From a candidate division Kazan bacterium RIFCSPHIGHO2_01_FULL_44_14 (GTDB lineage: Bacteria > Patescibacteriota > Kazan-3B-28): 64,000 bases of DNA. Positions 39,935-49,110 of the stretch are shown one piece after another (position 1 is the first letter of the stretch; each line of letters opens with the position of its first letter). The stretch spans positions 5,875 through 69,874 of the forward strand of contig METB01000001.1 in assembly GCA_001771185.1 (NCBI GenBank). The letters run 5' to 3'. The translations under genes were made by a program, and so were the position numbers. The notes below the pieces were generated by a model, which searched no databases, was not told the DNA's origin, and saw nothing but the letters and a program-made list of their open reading frames with translations.

Positions 39935-42760
39935 ATGAAGGATCGTATCGAGGTGCGGGGGGCGAGAGAGCACAACCTCAAGAATATTAGCGTGGACATC
40001 CCCAAAAACCAACTGGTAGTAATTACCGGTCTTTCGGGGTCTGGTAAATCATCACTAGCGTTCGATACGATTTATGCCGAAGGACACCGGCGGTATGTCG
40101 AAAGTTTGTCGGCGTATGCTCGGCAGTTTTTGGGCGCGGCCAATAAACCAGATGTCGATAGTATCGAAGGATTAAGCCCGGCGATTTCGATTGACCAAAA
40201 ATCGTCTTCATCTAATCCCCGGTCAACGGTTGGAACGATTACTGAAATTTATGATTACTTGCGGTTATTGTATGCCAGAATCGGTATTCCTCATTGTCCG
40301 AAGTGCGGTGATGCAGTTGTGCGTCAGAGTATTGATCAAATTATTCCGCAACTAATCGCTTTACAGCTGGAACAAGCGATGATTTTGGCACCGATAGTGG
40401 TAGATCGAAAAGGCGAATTTAAACAGGAATTGGCCGACATCAAAAAATCTGGTTATGTCCGAGTGCGGGTAGACGGCAGTTTGTATGATTTGGATGAATT
40501 ACCGATTTTAGACAAAAATAAGAAACATACGATTGATGCGGTGGTGGATCGATTAAGTTTGCGAATCGAAAGTGGTGATGACCGGATTCGATTGGTGGAT
40601 TCAGTTGAAACAGCACTGAAATTAGGCGGGGGAAAAATCAAGGTGGTAAGCGATGATGAAGAATGGTTTTTCTCGGAAAGTTTATCGTGTCCGAAATGTG
40701 ATATTAGTGTGCCGGAGTTTGAACCACGTCATTTTTCGTTTAATAGTCCGCACGGGGCTTGCCCAAAATGCACTGGTTTGGGAGTGACTTTGGAATTGGA
40801 TCCCGACTTATTAATTGCTAATAAGAAACTAAGTATTTCTGAAGGGGCAATCAAACCGTGGGGCGTGAACATGACTAGCGGCGGCGGCTGGAACCATCGA
40901 ATTTTGATGGCGGTGGCCAAACTGCATAAATTTGATTTGGATATGCCGGTGCGAGATTTGTCGGCTGAGGTCTTGAAAATTATTTTATACGGTACTGACG
41001 AGGAAGAAATTTTGGTGGAATACCAAACCCCGCATGGCAAAATCAATGAATATGTGACCAAGTTCGAAGGGGTAATCCCGAATTTGATGCGGAGATATCA
41101 TGAAACCGAGTCCGAATTCATTCGAACCGAAATTGAGCAATTTATGATGACAAAATTGTGTTCGGAATGCCAAGGGGCACGGCTGAAGCCGGAGGTCTTG
41201 GCGGTAACAGTTGGCGAAAAATCTATAGTTGAAGTATCGCGGATGCCGGTTCGTAGTGCGGCGGAATTTTTTGTCGGTTTGAAGTTAAATAAACAGGATC
41301 AGACGATTGTGGCGCAAATTTTAAAAGAAGTGGGAGAGCGATTAGGATTTTTGCGGAATGTCGGATTGGAATATTTAACTCTGGATCGGTCAGCCAATAC
41401 TTTGTCGGGCGGAGAGGCCCAGCGGATTCGGTTGGCTACTCAAATTGGGTCAGGACTGTCGGGGGTAATTTACATTTTGGATGAACCGTCGATTGGTTTG
41501 CATCAGCATGACAATCGGAGGTTGATTCAGACCTTAATCCGGTTACGGGATTTGGGCAATACAGTTCTAGTGGTGGAACACGACGAAGAAACCATTCGAT
41601 CGAGTGATTGGGTGGTGGATGTGGGACCGTTAGCCGGGAAATTGGGTGGAGAAATTGTGGCTGAAGGGACACCAGCCCAAATTGAGAAAAATAGTAAATC
41701 GTTGACCGGGCAATATTTGTCTGGCAAAAAGAAAATCGAAGTGCCGAGAAAACGGCGTCAGCCCAACGGCAAATGGCTGAAAATTTTAGGGGCAAGTGAA
41801 TTTAATTTAAAGAATTTAGATGTTTCGATTCCGTTGCAATTATTTGTCTGCGTCACTGGCCTATCTGGTTCTGGTAAATCAACGCTGATTAACGAAATCT
41901 TGGCCAAGCGACTATCTAAAGAATTGCATCAAGCCCATACAGTGCCCGGTCGACACAAAGCGATGGAGGGGATTTCGTATTTGGATAAAGTAATTAACAT
42001 TGACCAGTCGCCAATTGGTCGGAGTCCAAGGAGCAATCCGGCGACTTATACTACGGCCTTTACTTACATTCGCGATTTGTTTGCGTCTCTGCCCGAGGCC
42101 AAAGCCAGAGGGTATAAACAAGGGCGGTTTTCTTTCAACGTCAAAGGTGGTCGGTGCGAAAATTGTCGGGGCGATGGGGTGATAAAAATTGAAATGCATT
42201 TCCTGACCGATGTTTATGTGCCATGTGATGTGTGTCAGGGTCGGCGGTATAACAAAGAGACCCTAGAAATCCATTACAAGGGTAAAAGCGTGGCTGATAT
42301 TTTGGATTTGACGGTGGATGACGCTGCTGAATTTTTTGCCAATATTCCGCCAATCAAAACCAAAATGGAAACCCTGCAGGAAGTGGGTTTGGGTTATATC
42401 AAATTAGGTCAGCCAGCGACGCAATTGTCTGGCGGTGAAGCCCAGCGGGTGAAACTTTCGACTGAACTGTCCCGTCGGGCGACTGGGAAGACCTTGTATA
42501 TTTTAGATGAACCAACCACTGGTTTGCATTTTGAAGATACTAAAAAATTACTGCATGTTTTACACCAATTGGTCGAAAAAGGAAATTCGGTACTGGTGAT
42601 TGAACACAACTTGGATGTAATCAAAACCGCTGACTGGATTATTGATTTAGGTCCAGAGGGCGGGGATGCTGGCGGGGAGATTATTGCCGAAGGAACCCCA
42701 GAGCAAGTCGCGAAAATCAAAAAGTCCTACACCGGGAAATATTTGTCTAAACTTTTATAG
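39935..42760 (+). CDS. uvrA: Excinuclease ABC subunit A
   Basis: Two ABC domains (GLSGSGKS twice, LSGGEAQR twice), zinc fingers. Confidence 0.98.
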   Translation: MKDRIEVRGAREHNLKNISVDIPKNQLVVITGLSGSGKSSLAFDTIYAEGHRRYVESLSAYARQFLGAANKPDVDSIEGLSPAISIDQKSSSSNPRSTVGTITEIYDYLRLLYARIGIPHCPKCGDAVVRQSIDQIIPQLIALQLEQAMILAPIVVDRKGEFKQELADIKKSGYVRVRVDGSLYDLDELPILDKNKKHTIDAVVDRLSLRIESGDDRIRLVDSVETALKLGGGKIKVVSDDEEWFFSESLSCPKCDISVPEFEPRHFSFNSPHGACPKCTGLGVTLELDPDLLIANKKLSISEGAIKPWGVNMTSGGGWNHRILMAVAKLHKFDLDMPVRDLSAEVLKIILYGTDEEEILVEYQTPHGKINEYVTKFEGVIPNLMRRYHETESEFIRTEIEQFMMTKLCSECQGARLKPEVLAVTVGEKSIVEVSRMPVRSAAEFFVGLKLNKQDQTIVAQILKEVGERLGFLRNVGLEYLTLDRSANTLSGGEAQRIRLATQIGSGLSGVIYILDEPSIGLHQHDNRRLIQTLIRLRDLGNTVLVVEHDEETIRSSDWVVDVGPLAGKLGGEIVAEGTPAQIEKNSKSLTGQYLSGKKKIEVPRKRRQPNGKWLKILGASEFNLKNLDVSIPLQLFVCVTGLSGSGKSTLINEILAKRLSKELHQAHTVPGRHKAMEGISYLDKVINIDQSPIGRSPRSNPATYTTAFTYIRDLFASLPEAKARGYKQGRFSFNVKGGRCENCRGDGVIKIEMHFLTDVYVPCDVCQGRRYNKETLEIHYKGKSVADILDLTVDDAAEFFANIPPIKTKMETLQEVGLGYIKLGQPATQLSGGEAQRVKLSTELSRRATGKTLYILDEPTTGLHFEDTKKLLHVLHQLVEKGNSVLVIEHNLDVIKTADWIIDLGPEGGDAGGEIIAEGTPEQVAKIKKSYTGKYLSKLL

Positions 42761-42865
42761 GTTAACCGTAATTTTTGGTTTCCCGAGGCACCGCCTGCCC
42801 ATCGAAGCCTTGGCGTAGTTGGGAGGGACTACCTTGATTTCTTTTGCCACCCCATCCGTCGGGAT

Positions 42866-42942
42866 AATTTCTAATTTCTAATTTCTAATCAAATCCCAAT
42901 GACTGAATGTTTCAAAATTAAGATATTAAATCATTCACTCAA
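42866..42942. repeat. 77-bp repeat, inverted partner of 39110-39186
   Basis: Direct alignment shows 4 mismatches. Confidence 0.85.
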
Positions 42943-43067
42943 TCCGTCAGCCCCAAAAGAAAGGGGGGTCTTAGACCCTGACGGACAAAATTACTTGCTG
43001 GGATACCATAACTTTTCACTATCCCTACAGGGTTGACGGGAATTAAATGGTGTGGTAACATAAAAAT

Positions 43068-43648
43068 CGTTGTATCAGAGCGGTTCTGACACCTGACGGG
43101 ACGCTGTTATTTTGGCTGGTGAGTGGGACTCGCAGGGTTCCCCCGGCAAAAACCAAGAACCTCCGCTAAAAACTGGAATTTAAGCAAGATTCCAAGTTCA
43201 GGAGATAAGCTCTCGTTTAGTGAAAGGTGTACCGTACACGATACCTGTCTATGTTCATTGAGGTACGGGAGAGAGGAGGATATGCCGTCCAATGTTGTGG
43301 CGGAAATCAAATCCCTCCCAATTGTTCTGCTGCCAAAAGTAGCATTGCTCTGTTCTTCTCTTTTTTTGTCTCTCTTTTTTGTCCGTAAGGGCCTTGCGGG
43401 AGATCGAGACAATCGCCAGTAGTCCTGCGTTGGGGACATGGATGATTGTATGGACGCAGCGATGCTAACCTGGCTAGCGGATGATGGGGAGCAACTTCCC
43501 CTAACGCGCGCTTTTGGTCGCACCCGTTCTAATTGATGAAGCGAGTAGCGGAGCCAGGGTGGAGGGATGGCCACGAATTTCCGCCAGTCATCCTCTCGGC
43601 CAAAGCGAACAAGTAAGAGCCTCGGATTAAAAACCGGGGCTCCTTTTT
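43068..43648 (+). ncRNA. Candidate large structured RNA, or a type I toxin-like mRNA (ORF 43282-43422)
   Basis: TTGACG-17-TAACAT (43033-43061), nested long-range helices, terminator at 43617-43648. Confidence 0.55.
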
Positions 43649-43769
43649 ATTCATACAATTCAGATTGGTGAGATGGGTGAGAAAATGTTATAAAAAGAAA
43701 CGGCCGTCTATTTATAAAACATATTTTCTCTATAGGGTTGACACCGAATTCTGCTGTGGTAATCTGGTC

Positions 43770-44032
43770 GCGTTCCCTGCTGTTGGACTGTGAGTTTTGC
43801 CCTCCCCCCAAAGGAATCCCATAGGTCCGATATGCGGGTGAATTGTTCTTGAACCGGAAGCCGGCCATAATCTCTCAACTATAGTGCCAGATGTCTGGAA
43901 GCGATAGCATCATGCTGTGACCCAGAGGCATTTTATCAGTTGAAGGCCGCCATTGTCTGCTGAAGATATGGATGGCAAAATGACCGGTATAAATTAAGGG
44001 TCCCCATTGCGCAAGCTGGGGACCTGTTTTTA
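43770..44032 (+). ncRNA. Candidate structured ncRNA (~260 nt)
   Basis: TTGACA-16-TAATCT (43738-43765), long hairpins, terminator at 43999-44031, no convincing ORF. Confidence 0.5.
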
Positions 44033-44057
44033 TGTTCGGTCAGGCATAATAGAGGAG

Positions 44058-46106
44058 ATGACCTATAAGTTTTCAGCGAAGAATTTTCCTGACAAACCCG
44101 GTGTGTATTTGATGTACGGGGAGAGATTGCCGCGCTCCGCTCGCAATGACGAGAAGGGGCCAGTTTTGTATGTGGGGAAGGCCAAAAACTTGAAGAAGCG
44201 GCTAAGTTCTTATTTTCAAGGTAGCCTTTCGACTCGCTCCGCTCGCTTAGGGTCTAACGGCAAACTAGTCAGCCCCAAAACGATAGCATTGGTGGAGCGA
44301 ATCCATAAAATCGACACAATTGCAGTGAAGAATGAGCTCGAAGCGTTGTTGCTGGAAAATGAATTAATCAAAAAATATCGGCCAAATTTCAATGTGGTAA
44401 TGCGGGATGATAAATCGTATCTATATATTCGGATTACGGTTAATGAAGAATTCCCGCGAATTTTATTAGCTCGTAAAGTCGCCAAAGATGGGGCGAGATA
44501 TTTTGGGCCGTACGCCAGTTCGGGGCCGGTGTATGAGGGGTTGAAGTTGATCAATCGGACTTTCCCGGTCTGTACCGGCGTGGTGGGGCAAAAAAGAGCG
44601 TGCATGAATTATCATTTGAAGATTTGTCCAGGAGTGTGCGTGGGGCGAGTTAGTTCAAAGGAATATCGGAAGACCATCGATCAGGTGATGCGATTTTTGC
44701 ATGGCAACTATCCACCGGTGATTAAACAATTAAAGGCGGAAATGCAGCGGTTGTCGGCTAATCGGGAGTTTGAGCGGGCGGCGCGGATTCGAGATGGGCT
44801 GAAAGCGCTGGAGGCGATTAATGAACGGCAGAGCGTGGTGCGAGCCAACTTGTCGGTCAGTGAGGACGCGATTGGGGTAGCGCGAGAGCTGAATAAGGCA
44901 ATGGTAGTGCTGTTGCAGGTGCGGTCGGGTAAACTGCTTAATCAACAGCAATATGCGATCGATACTAAATATGAAACGGAACTGCCAGAGATTTTGGCGG
45001 GGTTTTTGCGGGATTATTATAGCGAGGCAGCGGACTTGCCAAAGACGATTTTGTTACCGGAAATGATTGAGGGAAATGAAGCGTTTGAAAGGTGGCTGAC
45101 TAATTTGACTGGTAAAGCTATCGGATTGAAAGTTCCGGCCAAGGGTCGGCAGCGGGCAATAGTCAGATTGGCGCAGTCAAATGCCCAAATGAAATTCAAT
45201 CAAATTTCCGGACGCTGGAAATTGGAAAAAGTAGTGGCGACCGAAGGAGTGAAGGGGTTGAAGAAAATCCTAAAGCTAAAAAAAATCGAGCGGATTGAGG
45301 CCTATGATATCTCCAACCTGCAGGGTACCGATTCGGTCGGGGCGATGGTGGTGTGGGAAAAGGGGCAACTGGATAAAAAACAATATCGCAGGTTTAAGAT
45401 CAAAACCGTAGTTGGTCCGAATGATTTTGCATCGTTGGCCGAGGTACTGAAACGGAGATTTGCATATCTTTCTTCTTCGGTCATCCCCGTCTCTCCTTCC
45501 GTCATTCCCAGGAAGGCGGGAATCCAGATAAAAAAAGACAACAAAGGTAGTCCCTTCCTCCTTCGCCCAAGCCGACTACGCTCTACAAGCTACGACAGGC
45601 CAAGGGCTACGGGCGGGCAGGCGGTTCCTCGGGATGGCAAAACTACCGATGGCAGTTTTGTTGTTTTGCCTGACGTGGTCTTGATTGATGGCGGTAAAGG
45701 ACAAGTTAACACGATTGCGAGGGTATTGAAAGATTACAAAGTGGCGGTGATTGGGATTGCTAAAGGTAGTCATAGTCGGACAAAAGCTAGGGATGAGCTG
45801 ATATTATGGAAGCATTCCTCCTTCGCCAAGGCTTCGGAGGATCTGCGAGATAATTCGCCGACCAAAATGTTGTTGCAGAACATTCGGGATGAAGTGCATC
45901 GCTTTGCTGTCGCATATCACACAAGTTTGCGTAAAAAACGCACGATCACCTCTGGGTTAGAAAAAATTGCTGGGATTGGGGCAGTAACGCGCAAGAAGTT
46001 AATTAAAGCATTTGGGAGTATGGCTGGAGTTAGGGCCGCGTCCGCGGGGGAGATTGCGAAAGTGGTAGGGGAAAATTTAGCGAAAAAAATTAAAGATTCT
46101 TTTTAA
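44058..46106 (+). CDS. uvrC: Excinuclease ABC subunit C with four in-frame repeat insertions
   Basis: GIY-YIG (PGVYLM..YVGKAKNL..R), IEAYDIS, DGGKGQ, RDEVHRFA, HhH. Confidence 0.96.
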   Translation: MTYKFSAKNFPDKPGVYLMYGERLPRSARNDEKGPVLYVGKAKNLKKRLSSYFQGSLSTRSARLGSNGKLVSPKTIALVERIHKIDTIAVKNELEALLLENELIKKYRPNFNVVMRDDKSYLYIRITVNEEFPRILLARKVAKDGARYFGPYASSGPVYEGLKLINRTFPVCTGVVGQKRACMNYHLKICPGVCVGRVSSKEYRKTIDQVMRFLHGNYPPVIKQLKAEMQRLSANREFERAARIRDGLKALEAINERQSVVRANLSVSEDAIGVARELNKAMVVLLQVRSGKLLNQQQYAIDTKYETELPEILAGFLRDYYSEAADLPKTILLPEMIEGNEAFERWLTNLTGKAIGLKVPAKGRQRAIVRLAQSNAQMKFNQISGRWKLEKVVATEGVKGLKKILKLKKIERIEAYDISNLQGTDSVGAMVVWEKGQLDKKQYRRFKIKTVVGPNDFASLAEVLKRRFAYLSSSVIPVSPSVIPRKAGIQIKKDNKGSPFLLRPSRLRSTSYDRPRATGGQAVPRDGKTTDGSFVVLPDVVLIDGGKGQVNTIARVLKDYKVAVIGIAKGSHSRTKARDELILWKHSSFAKASEDLRDNSPTKMLLQNIRDEVHRFAVAYHTSLRKKRTITSGLEKIAGIGAVTRKKLIKAFGSMAGVRAASAGEIAKVVGENLAKKIKDSF

Positions 46107-46502
46107 TTACTTTTCTTTTTTGTCATCCTGGATTTTCCGCCAACTGGCGGATCAGAATCTATTTAATTTCTTTTGCCACCCCATTTGTTTGTAATCTTTT
46201 TGACCGCGGAATGGCGGTCAATCCATTCCCGCTTTGGCTTGTCAAAGCGGGGCAAAACGCTGGCCTGTGTTCGTCGGGTCTATTCATTGGCTAAATTGCT
46301 AGGCGCTCTCGGCGGACTAAACCGCCTCCGCCCTAGTCGCAATTTAGCTCAATTCAGTACAACCCTCCTCCAATGGCGGAGGAGGATAAAAGATTGACCC
46401 AGAGCGGGATTTGGGATAGGATAGAGGCGTTAGGTGGGGTCTGAAGTTTAGTAGGACAATTCAACCACCAGCATCTTGAAAAGATGTCGTAAGGAGCTGA
46501 CT

Positions 46503-47210
46503 ATGGGGACCAAAAAGGGAACCGTGCTCGTCTCTGATGTCAAAGGGGAATTTACCGACCTTCTGGCGAAGCTCGGTGGATCCAATGGCGAGGATTGGCA
46601 TAAAGCTCTTGATCGGTTTCTCCGCCGGGAGAATCCTTGGGAGCATGAGAAGCTTCCTACGTGGAAGAATATTCGTGTTCCAGGGAACCATTTGCTAAGT
46701 GGTAGGGAATTTCTTAGCCACTTCCAAGAGCTCAACATTAAAGTTCTCCACCCGTGGCCAAGACGCGTTCTTGATGATGTAAAGACATTTAAGCGCTTAT
46801 GGCACGATTTGCATCTCGTTAGAGTAAGCGCACGGGAGTTGGAGCTTCCTGGGTTTTACTGCGATGTAACGGGGAGGCTAACTCGGCGGGAGCGTGAGGA
46901 TGTCAGCGCGGATAATGTTGCTAGTAACTTGGTATACATCCGGGAACTTAGACAGCACGTGCCAAAGATGGGCTTATCGCCCTGTCCGCCAGAGGCCTTA
47001 TTGTGGCTTCGGCTCCGATACATAGACCAGCCGAAGGGCGAGAAGTTGCTAGTGTGGTGGGAGAGCAAACCGCACGAGCTCAACAACCTGCCAATTCTAG
47101 AGAATTCCGAGGGTGAGCTGTGGATAGGCGCATTTAGCCCGAATGGACTCGAGATGAGCGAGGATGCGTGCATCAACCTTGACCAGGAGATTGTCTTTTT
47201 TAAGGATTAG
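46503..47210 (+). CDS. Hypothetical protein (CPR-type family), cassette cargo
   Basis: AAGGAG SD; DLLAKLGG..FLRRENPW..CPPE..LRLRYIDQPKGE; terminator at 47249-47284. Confidence 0.75.
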   Translation: MGTKKGTVLVSDVKGEFTDLLAKLGGSNGEDWHKALDRFLRRENPWEHEKLPTWKNIRVPGNHLLSGREFLSHFQELNIKVLHPWPRRVLDDVKTFKRLWHDLHLVRVSARELELPGFYCDVTGRLTRREREDVSADNVASNLVYIRELRQHVPKMGLSPCPPEALLWLRLRYIDQPKGEKLLVWWESKPHELNNLPILENSEGELWIGAFSPNGLEMSEDACINLDQEIVFFKD

Positions 47211-47354
47211 CCACATCTTCCCGGTCATCAAAGTAGTTCCTTTAATTGAGGCGGTTTGATTAATTTCGAACCGCCTATTTTTTTATTCATTGGTTAGATT
47301 GAAATAAATTGGTTAGATTGGTTTAGATTTACCCGTTAGGGCTATAATAGGACT

Positions 47355-47633
47355 ATGAATGGGATGAGAGCAGTTGGAGCAGTGGCGGGAATTGTACTGG
47401 TGCTAGGCGCACTGATGGTGTTTGGTCAGTATTTGAATCGCTCGACTGGCGGGGCAAGTGCGGATGTTATCAATCTGGCAGACCTGCCGAGCCAGGTGGT
47501 TTTAAGTAAGGATGACTACGCTACTGCCTTACAACTGATTGATTCATACAAACAGGCCTATGACCTGCCAACCAAGAATGGGCTGATTGATGACTTGAAG
47601 GCATTGCTGACGGCGGTGGCAATAAGGGAGTGA
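47355..47633 (+). CDS. Small membrane-anchored hypothetical protein
   Basis: N-terminal TM; TATAAT 6 nt upstream of the ATG. Confidence 0.65.
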   Translation: MNGMRAVGAVAGIVLVLGALMVFGQYLNRSTGGASADVINLADLPSQVVLSKDDYATALQLIDSYKQAYDLPTKNGLIDDLKALLTAVAIRE

Positions 47634-47961
47634 AGGGTTAAGAGATATCCCATTCCCTCCGTTCGTCGGGACATCGCTGGTTCCTCGGGGAAGTAGGTAA
47701 GCGGGTTAGCCGGTAAGCAAAACCCACCGAGTGGCTCTTTGATTCTGCTGTACAGCAGAACTACGGAAGGACCTGCGGTGATAGGTGATAAGTGACAAGT
47801 TTAGGGGAAGACGGGTAGGAGAGAGGGAACGACTCGGGATAGTAGCCAGTAAATACGCTCGTGGAGCGTATTTATGTTGATTTTGTCCACATTTTTACAG
47901 GGGTAGAACGCAGTTGACAAACACCTGGCGATATGGTATAATTAGGATGTAGGTAGAGAAC

Positions 47962-49086
47962 ATGGAAAATTCCGACAACAACATGGAGCCAGAATCGGTA
48001 ATCAAATCGATTATGGTTGAACAGGAAGAAAAGAGCCGGGGAGCGCTTGATCCTTTTGTGGTGGCAATCAATGCGATGAATGGTCTTAAAGAAAGAGAGC
48101 GCGATGTGATAATCAACCGCTACGGTTTAGAGAATGGTAAGAAAGTGACATTAGAAGCGGTGGGTAAAAAGTTTAATATTACTCGTGAGCGGGTTCGTCA
48201 GATTGAATCCGCGACTTTGCGCAAACTAATTGAAAAACCAACTAAGGATTTGGTGCAATTGATTAAATTGATCAATAGTCATTTATCTGAAGTTGGCGGA
48301 GTATTGTCGGTTAATGGTTTGACTAGTTATCTAAAATCACCTCAAGCCGATCAGGCGGAACTTAAAACTAATGCTTTGCGGTTAGTGATGGACGTAAACG
48401 AAGCAGTAGTGGCATTACCGAATTTGTCAGAACTGCAGACCGGTTGGATGAAGCGCGGTTTCCCGCAAAATTTAATTACGCCGATTTTATCGGCTTTGGC
48501 CAAGGTTTTGACTGATGCCAATCGGACGATGACCGAAAAAGAATTATGGGAAGCACTATTGCATCAAGAGACCTACCAAACTTATGAATCACAACTTAGC
48601 CCAACAATATTAACTGGACTGCTAAGCATCTCAACTCAAATTGCTCAAGCGGCTGATGGTAAGTGGGGACTGGCTGCCTGGCCAACTGTGGTGCCGAAGC
48701 GAATTCGGGATAAGGTATTTTTGATTTTAGAAGTCAGTGGTAAACCGAAGCATTTTACTGATATTGCTGAAGCGATTAACCGGGCTTATCCGGCGGGAAA
48801 GCCAGTATTGAGTCGGACGGTCCACAATGAATTGATTGGCGACAAGCGGTTTGTGTTGGTCGGTCGAGGGATTTATGCTTTGAAATCCTGGGGGTTCCAG
48901 CCGGGCGTGGTTTTAGATGTGGTGAAAGAAGTTTTGAAACAAGCCGGTCGGCCGTTGTCAGTTGAAGATATTATCGAAGCCGTATTGGCAAAACGGGAAG
49001 TGAAACGAAATACGGTAGTGGCTAACTTACAGAATAAATCGATGTTTAGAAAAGTTGGTCGCGGTTTGTACGAATTGGTGGAATAA
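47962..49086 (+). CDS. Sigma-70 region 4 + HARE-HTH domain protein
   Basis: [20 protein letters not shown]; [22 protein letters not shown]; promoter TTGACA-17-TATAAT at 47914-47942. Confidence 0.85.
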   Translation: MENSDNNMEPESVIKSIMVEQEEKSRGALDPFVVAINAMNGLKERERDVIINRYGLENGKKVTLEAVGKKFNITRERVRQIESATLRKLIEKPTKDLVQLIKLINSHLSEVGGVLSVNGLTSYLKSPQADQAELKTNALRLVMDVNEAVVALPNLSELQTGWMKRGFPQNLITPILSALAKVLTDANRTMTEKELWEALLHQETYQTYESQLSPTILTGLLSISTQIAQAADGKWGLAAWPTVVPKRIRDKVFLILEVSGKPKHFTDIAEAINRAYPAGKPVLSRTVHNELIGDKRFVLVGRGIYALKSWGFQPGVVLDVVKEVLKQAGRPLSVEDIIEAVLAKREVKRNTVVANLQNKSMFRKVGRGLYELVE

Positions 49087-49110
49087 TTAGTTAGATTTAA
49101 TAACGCAGAT

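Noticed and set aside
43068-43648. RNase P RNA, tmRNA or self-splicing intron
   Set aside because: No GAGGAAAGTCC, no tRNA-like ends, and no recognisable group I/II core or host gene
44007-44057. Longer uvrC start from the ORF track
   Set aside because: Overlaps the upstream terminator; the ATG at 44058 fits the UvrC N-terminus
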